From the NCBI GenBank assembly GCA_031409655.1, contig JANNXQ010000298.1:1-21348 (forward strand): 21,348 bases of DNA, written 5' to 3'. The notes under the pieces were generated by a model. The model was not told the DNA's origin. It was given only the letters and a program-made list of their open reading frames with translations, and searched no databases. The translations under genes and the position numbers were made by a program. The number at the start of each line of letters is the position of its first letter. The stretch's first letter is position 1. The stretch is from Chthoniobacteraceae bacterium (lineage in GTDB: Bacteria; Verrucomicrobiota; Verrucomicrobiia; Chthoniobacterales; Chthoniobacteraceae). Shown in pieces: positions 16,159 through 21,348 of this stretch.

Positions 16159-17592
16159 GTGATTCTACTGCCCAGCACGCCGAGACCGCGTTCACCCTCC
16201 GAGGCCGCCGATGGCTTAGCGTTCTTTGCGCGCCTTTGGGCGGTGGCTGGAGTGTTTCACCTGCTGAGTTTCCACGACTGGCGGTGGTGGACCACCTACG
16301 GACCCCTGCTCGGTATCGCCACCCTGGCTGCGCTCGCTCGTCCCACGTGGCCGGTTTTCGCCGGCCTCCTCCTGGTGGATCTCGTCGCCGTCGGCCGGAA
16401 CCTCTTTTTGCTGCCCAACCACATTCTGTTTTCGTGGGTGGTGAATCTGACGCTGCTGACGACTCTCGTCGTCACGCTGGTTCGCCGGACCAGCCGCACC
16501 GCGATCGCCGCGGAATGGATGCGTGCGTTTGCCCCGTGGCTCCGCATCGAACTGGGGCTGCTCTACTTCTTCACGGTCTTCCACAAACTGAACACGGCTT
16601 ACTTCAACCCTGAAGTGAGTTGCGCGGTGTCGATGTTGCACGAGGTGGCCGCCCGATTCCCCTTCCTCCCGACGAGTTCCGCGGCGGAATACGGGGTTAT
16701 CTACGGCTCAGTCCTCTGTGAAATCTTGATTCCCGTGCTCATCGCCGTGCCCGGCACGAGGCTGCTGGGATTTTTGCTGGGCTTTGTCTTTCATGCACTC
16801 CTCGCGACGCACTCTTACGTCGGGATCTATAGCTTCTCGGCCACCCTGTTTGCGCTGTTCGCCGTCTTCCTCCCGGAGTCTCTGGCCACACGGCTCCAGG
16901 CGCCGCTCTGGCTGCGCCGCGTGCTCACCGCGATGGCAGGTGCCGGCGTGCTGCTGCTGACGGTCTGGCTCCTCCGACACCGTTTGTTTTCTGGCGGAGC
17001 ACTGGAACCGTTTTTGCCCGCGCCCCTTTTCAAGATCGGGATGCAGGCCGCCTTGGTTTATGCACTGGCGGGCTTCTGCACGATCGGGTGGCTCGGGCTC
17101 CGACACCCCGCCGAATTCCGCCAATCGGCACCCGGCACCCTGCGCGGGCTTTGGCCGCTGACCGCGCTTCCTCTCCTCCTGGTCCTGATCGGACTTCAGC
17201 CCTACCTCGGCTTCCGCACGCTGATGTGCTTCTCGATGTTCAGCAATCTGCAGACGGAGGGTGGGCGAAGTAATCATCTCTTGATGCCCAACTGGCTGCA
17301 GGTGACCGACTGGCAGCGGGACCTGGTCGAGATTATCGAAAGCAGCGACCCCAGTTTGTCGGCACTGGCTCAGCAGAGGCTCCAGATTCCATTTCTGGAA
17401 TTGCGGCGGATTCGAACGACCACGGCTGATCCGATGTCGATCGTCTTTCGCCGCCAGGGGCAGTCGTTCGAGTTTGCTACTGCCGATCCTGCCACGCACG
17501 GCTCGATCCCACCACTCGGTCCGCTGGCGAAGCATTACTTTCGCTTCCGGCCCGTGGAGTCGGACCCAGACAAGGTGCGGTGTCGTTGGTAG
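16159..17592 (+). CDS. HTTM-like multi-pass membrane protein (start uncertain, 16054-16159)
   Basis: Many hydrophobic segments; PNH, LYFFTVFHKLN, GFVFH and FSMFSNL motifs resemble the HTTM / vitamin K-dependent carboxylase-like membrane domain. Confidence 0.65.
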   Translation: MILLPSTPRPRSPSEAADGLAFFARLWAVAGVFHLLSFHDWRWWTTYGPLLGIATLAALARPTWPVFAGLLLVDLVAVGRNLFLLPNHILFSWVVNLTLLTTLVVTLVRRTSRTAIAAEWMRAFAPWLRIELGLLYFFTVFHKLNTAYFNPEVSCAVSMLHEVAARFPFLPTSSAAEYGVIYGSVLCEILIPVLIAVPGTRLLGFLLGFVFHALLATHSYVGIYSFSATLFALFAVFLPESLATRLQAPLWLRRVLTAMAGAGVLLLTVWLLRHRLFSGGALEPFLPAPLFKIGMQAALVYALAGFCTIGWLGLRHPAEFRQSAPGTLRGLWPLTALPLLLVLIGLQPYLGFRTLMCFSMFSNLQTEGGRSNHLLMPNWLQVTDWQRDLVEIIESSDPSLSALAQQRLQIPFLELRRIRTTTADPMSIVFRRQGQSFEFATADPATHGSIPPLGPLAKHYFRFRPVESDPDKVRCRW

Positions 17593-17629
17593 GTTCGCGT
17601 CAGGTGACCCTCGAGCCACGGCGTCACCT

Positions 17630-18787
17630 TCACCGCAATCGGCTTTTCAGCCACCCGCGCAGCCGACTCAGTCGGTGGTGGCGCTCACTTCGTCGCAATG
17701 AATATTCCACATCCTCCTCCACCTCGGCCTCCCCGAGCGTCCGCGCGACCTGAAGGAGATTGCGCGCGGCCAGAGTGACGATCTCATCTCCGTGGATCAA
17801 CCCTCGGAGGAAGCGGCGCTCGTAAGGCAACGGGAAGGTCCGGTAATGCTCTAACTGACCCGCGCATTTCAGGCAGGCCATGGTCCGCAAGCATTTGCTG
17901 CAACGGCAGCAGTTATTCATTCCATCGGGCTTTTCCCAGCAAACCCGGAGTCCGCGCTGCGCTGGCGCCCAGTCGGCAATTTCCAGTAACTTTTCGGTGC
18001 GCGAGCGGTGGGCGCCATAGTGCAGGAATTCCGTTCGCCGGGTGCCCAGCCAGTAATCAAAGCGAGGATCGGAACCCCAGGGCAGGAGTTCAAAGTGAGC
18101 CTGCGTCGAAGAGATCAGAAAGGAGCGGATGGCCGGACCGAGCGAAAAGGCGACAAAGGCCACGCCCGCACCGTGCGAGATCTCCCAGTTCACCGGCGCG
18201 GTCACTTCCCGAAGGTTCGTGCGCGCGGTGAGGAGTTGCACGCCGAGATCCGCGAGCAATGGCCGGTAGGCGGACGTCATCCCGGCAAAGGAACTCTCGT
18301 CCGCCAGCGGCACATCGAAGCCATGCACCATCAGCGCATGCGTGACGGACATGCCGTGCGCGGAAGGTGCGCCGGGCAGATGCTGGCGCAGCGTGTGAAA
18401 GGAATCCACGCCGCCCGAAAAGGCCTGGCAGACCACCGGGCTTTGCTCAGGTGGCGGGGCCGATGCGACTTGGCCGGCCTTCACCTCGCAGCGCCGGAAC
18501 TGACCGGGAAACAGGACGAGGAAGGCCTCCTGATATTGTTCGAGGCCATAGAGCAGGCGCGGACACACCGCCCCTCTCACGTCGAGAGATTCTCCCAACG
18601 TCATCGCCAGGTGCAGCAAGGCGGGCACAACGGCATCGGCGCGGTCGCAGGGCCCCGGGAGCTGGGCCGATGGAAACTCGACCCACAGCCATTCCGGCAG
18701 GGAGTGATGGGTCGTCTGGTATTCCACCCGCGTGGCCACGCGAATCATCCCTGCGCGAGTCTGGATCTCCGGCGCGTGGACGATCAT
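17630..18787 (-). CDS. Uncharacterised PP-loop-like protein with Cys-rich motif
   Basis: AFSGGVDSF; LRVCW..NCCRCSKCLRT; the ATG at 18787 overlaps the upstream TGA (ATGA). Confidence 0.75.
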   Translation of the reverse strand: MIVHAPEIQTRAGMIRVATRVEYQTTHHSLPEWLWVEFPSAQLPGPCDRADAVVPALLHLAMTLGESLDVRGAVCPRLLYGLEQYQEAFLVLFPGQFRRCEVKAGQVASAPPPEQSPVVCQAFSGGVDSFHTLRQHLPGAPSAHGMSVTHALMVHGFDVPLADESSFAGMTSAYRPLLADLGVQLLTARTNLREVTAPVNWEISHGAGVAFVAFSLGPAIRSFLISSTQAHFELLPWGSDPRFDYWLGTRRTEFLHYGAHRSRTEKLLEIADWAPAQRGLRVCWEKPDGMNNCCRCSKCLRTMACLKCAGQLEHYRTFPLPYERRFLRGLIHGDEIVTLAARNLLQVARTLGEAEVEEDVEYSLRRSERHHRLSRLRGWLKSRLR

Positions 18788-19980
18788 TGGGGGGAGTGGC
18801 ACCCAGACGCCACATCGTTCCCAAGCAAGGCCTGGAAGTGCCGGATCATCACTTCGGGTGGTGCGTGCGCGGGGTCGAGGAGGGCGATGGGGTGGCGCGC
18901 CTGCCGCACCGCCGAACGCATCTTGATCTCGTAATATTCATTCCCCGCCACCGCGACGCAGGGAATCTCAAACACCGACGCGGCGACAACGGCATGAAAC
19001 CGGGTCGAAACGATCGCTTTGAATTGCCGCAGACTGCCGACCGCCGCGCGGTAGTCGGAGTGGGGAGTCTGGACGGCATCAGGGTCCAAACCAGCGCGGG
19101 CAAAGAGTTGCCGCGTGATGGCGAAATCCAGCTCCCGGTCCGTGTGGAAACAGAATCCCTGGATGGCCCAGCGCGGAAATGCGCGAACCAGGGCGCGCAG
19201 GCCATCCACCCACCACTGCTCGACCTGCGGCGACCACCCGGACTCGAATTGCCTAAAGATGCATACTCCGATGGCCGGAGGAGCATTGCGGTCGCGACCC
19301 GTGATCGCTGCGGCGTCGATGACTTCACCGAGGCGATAGCCGTCGTCCGGTCGCACTTCCGCCCGCAATCCATGCGTGCGACAGAATTCCAGCGAAGCCT
19401 CATCCCGCACCACCACCTCCGCGCCTTGCAGGGCCCTGGCCACCGCCCTGGCCGCGCCGGCATCGCGGAAGGGACCAATTCCGATTGGCGAGGTCCGGAT
19501 CAGGAGTCCCATCGCCCGGGCCACGCGGATGGGCCGGAGCATGTAGTGCAGATTAAAAAAGTCCGTCAGATAACCACCGCCGACGAGATGCAACCCGGAC
19601 GCGGAGGTAAAGGCCTCATGCCAGTTCCACTCGGTCGGGTGCCAGCGATGAAAGCGCAAGGCGAGTCGGTACCAGCGCGCAGCCCAGGAGTCCGTCGGTC
19701 CCCGCGATGCCGCGTGATCGCCCAGTTTCCAGAGACAGCGCTCGATGATCGGCTGAGGCAAATCCCAAGGAGCGCCGACGAGTGGCACGCCCGGATGAGC
19801 TTGGCTGGTGTGCCCAGGCTTGGGGGTGAGCAGGCTCATCTGGCTGCCGTGGGCCTTGCGCAGGTCTTGTAGCGCGATCGCCAGCGTCAGGTCATCGCCG
19901 GTATTTCCCCAGCCGTACCCGCCCCAGACCAGACAGCGGTCCGCGTGCTGTGCATTCGCAGTTGGGAGTTCGTTCAGCAT
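18784..19980 (-). CDS. Polysaccharide pyruvyl transferase family protein (CsaB/WcaK-like; start uncertain)
   Basis: GGYGWGNTGDD, VGGGY, GIGPF, VRDEAS and STRFHAVVAA motifs. Confidence 0.88.
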   Translation of the reverse strand: MLNELPTANAQHADRCLVWGGYGWGNTGDDLTLAIALQDLRKAHGSQMSLLTPKPGHTSQAHPGVPLVGAPWDLPQPIIERCLWKLGDHAASRGPTDSWAARWYRLALRFHRWHPTEWNWHEAFTSASGLHLVGGGYLTDFFNLHYMLRPIRVARAMGLLIRTSPIGIGPFRDAGAARAVARALQGAEVVVRDEASLEFCRTHGLRAEVRPDDGYRLGEVIDAAAITGRDRNAPPAIGVCIFRQFESGWSPQVEQWWVDGLRALVRAFPRWAIQGFCFHTDRELDFAITRQLFARAGLDPDAVQTPHSDYRAAVGSLRQFKAIVSTRFHAVVAASVFEIPCVAVAGNEYYEIKMRSAVRQARHPIALLDPAHAPPEVMIRHFQALLGNDVASGCHSPQ

Positions 19981-20256
19981 CAAAGGTTGCGTGGAGTGGG
20001 GCTGGGCGCTCGGCGGCAGTCGAGGCCCCATCGTAGGAGTGCTGCGGGACATGGAAAGCCCACACCCCAAAGCAGGGAAGGTTCCACCTCACCACACTGC
20101 CGCGCCGCCGATCTGCCACTCCTCGTCACGGTGCGCTCGGTCAAGGTCGTCCGCTGGCTGCGAGGGCAACTCTTTCTCCAGCCTCGCCACGCGCCAGCCA
20201 TCGCCGCCTGCGCCAGTTATTCGCCGGTTCGTGAGGGGAATTTTGGACGCCGTTGA

Positions 20257-20284
20257 CACTCCCCCGGACAGGGTTCGGGGAGTG
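20257..20284. terminator. GC-rich hairpin downstream of the CorA-like gene
   Basis: CACTCCCC-C-GGAC-agg-GTTC-GGGGAGTG; there is no U-tract, so a terminator role is uncertain. Confidence 0.3.
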
Positions 20285-20316
20285 AGGGGGTCCGGCTGCC
20301 CCGCAGGTGTCTTGAT

Positions 20317-21057
20317 TCAGTATTTCCTGCGAATGATGATCGCGCAGAGCAGGCCGGCCGCGATGGACGCGCCGACGATCAGCCAGAAATGACGCTGAGT
20401 ATCCGCCAGCCCGCTGTGAATCTCCATGCCCAGCAGGCTGGGCACGGCCGTGAGCGGCAGGAAGAGCGCAGCCAGAATATTGAGCCGGTGCGCCGCCGCC
20501 GCCTGGCTGGCTGCGCTGGCCGCCTGCGTCTCCGCCTTGCGCGCGACGATGTAGCTGAGTCCGAACTGCGCATCCTGGAGCAGCAGTTCCGCCGTCCGCT
20601 CCAGCGAGGCCGCCCGGTCCCGGTGATTGATGAGTTCCCGGTCTTCCTTCACCATGTCCCGTGCTTCCTGCAGCGCTCGGTGCAGACTGCGGATGGTGCG
20701 CAGCACGGGCGCCGTCGCTTCCAGTATCGTGTGGTAGGCGGCCGCCGTAGCTGCCGCTGTCTCCTGACTGTCCAGCAGCAGCCGCGTTTCGAACACATTG
20801 AGAAAGTCCCCCAGCGTCCCGGACGGCATCACCTTCCGGTGCGCCATCCATTCCCCGCCCGGACTGCGCCAAAAGAAGGCCGGCGTGCGCTCCACCGCAT
20901 CCGGCGCCGGGGCTTCGTGGAGAATGAGGAGCAGATGCCCCTCCTGGAGCATCGGGCGCTGCGGCCCCGCATCGCGCCCCAGCCGACTGCGAATAGAGTC
21001 AGGAATCTGCCATGAGCGCGGCAGAGCAGAAGGCAGAGGAGTCGAATCAGTAGTCAT
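20317..21057 (-). CDS. Short CorA-like membrane protein
   Basis: Long helical region followed by RLNILAALFLPLTAVPSLLGME and a second TM helix ending in RRKY. Confidence 0.7.
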   Translation of the reverse strand: MTTDSTPLPSALPRSWQIPDSIRSRLGRDAGPQRPMLQEGHLLLILHEAPAPDAVERTPAFFWRSPGGEWMAHRKVMPSGTLGDFLNVFETRLLLDSQETAAATAAAYHTILEATAPVLRTIRSLHRALQEARDMVKEDRELINHRDRAASLERTAELLLQDAQFGLSYIVARKAETQAASAASQAAAAHRLNILAALFLPLTAVPSLLGMEIHSGLADTQRHFWLIVGASIAAGLLCAIIIRRKY

Positions 21058-21064
21058 ACCGCCC

Positions 21065-21092
21065 AGCCTGGCCCGCGCCTCCGGGCAGGCAA
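21065..21092 (-). promoter_or_regulatory. Putative sigma70-type promoter, leaderless
   Basis: TTGCCT-N16-CAGGCT-N7-ATG(21057). Confidence 0.5.
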
Positions 21093-21211
21093 GACGGATT
21101 GCCTCCAGTCCACGCGCGGCCTCCGGGGGGATGAATGCCGTCGCCGACGAACCCGCGCGGTTCCCGGAAAATCAATACGGCACTCTCCTGCCGGGAAAAG
21201 GAAATGGCTAG

Positions 21212-21348
21212 GGAAACGCTGATTTAATCAGACGCGTGGGCAAAGGTCATGAGGAGGTGCGGGGTCGTAGAGGGATGGAAGCCCAACGGAGTTTCGCGCA
21301 GACCGAGTATAGCCGCAAAAAGAAGATCACCCGGCGGGAGAAGTTCCT
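21212..21348 (+). mobile_element. IS5 family insertion sequence, left end
   Basis: CTAG target (21208-21211) immediately followed by GGAAACGCTGATTTA, an IS5-subgroup-like terminal repeat, and a transposase start. Confidence 0.85.
21275..21348 (+). CDS. IS5 family transposase, N-terminal fragment
   Basis: MEAQRSFAQTEYSRKKKITRREKF matches the IS5 N-terminal Q.SF...EY..K.K.TRRE.FL pattern. Confidence 0.88.
   Translation, partial: MEAQRSFAQTEYSRKKKITRREKF

Noticed and set aside
11234..19872. Long antisense or alternate-frame ORFs (e.g. 11234-12460, 12584-13765, 18367-19872; likewise 4114-5427)
   Set aside because: These are shadow ORFs expected in high-GC DNA opposite well-supported genes, and they carry no recognisable motifs.
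19945..20256. 103-aa plus-strand ORF in the gap before the CorA-like gene
   Set aside because: No recognisable motif or start signal, and it overlaps the pyruvyl transferase start region.

Overview
High-GC bacterial DNA, most likely from the PVC superphylum (Verrucomicrobiota-like). This is inferred from the DUF1501 + DUF1549/DUF1553 operon and the style of the secreted proteins. Left: the DUF1501 -> DUF1549/1553 operon (minus strand, runs off the window), divergent from an AraC regulator. Middle (about 4040-11530): an accessory hotspot. It holds broken surface-protein genes (a CARDB protein with an in-frame amber stop and two copies of a 100-bp palindromic element at its breakpoints; a 7-repeat delta-60 protein with a 1-nt homopolymer frameshift; a truncated signal-peptide protein). 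It also holds a DUF2971 gene and three toxin-antitoxin-like pairs (PIN, HNH, truncated RelE/ParE-like) bracketed by a 140-bp, ~94%-identical direct repeat. REP-like palindromes sit at most module borders. Right: TPR protein, GH57 branching enzyme operon (FlgD-Ig protein, RNase H-like exonuclease), HTTM-like membrane protein, PP-loop-like protein, polysaccharide pyruvyl transferase, short CorA-like protein and the left end of an IS5 element. Three different heptamer-repeat elements sit at overlapping stop/start junctions, two of them translated into signal-peptide regions. Several genes appear to have leaderless promoters. All family calls come from motif recognition by eye; no database search was run.
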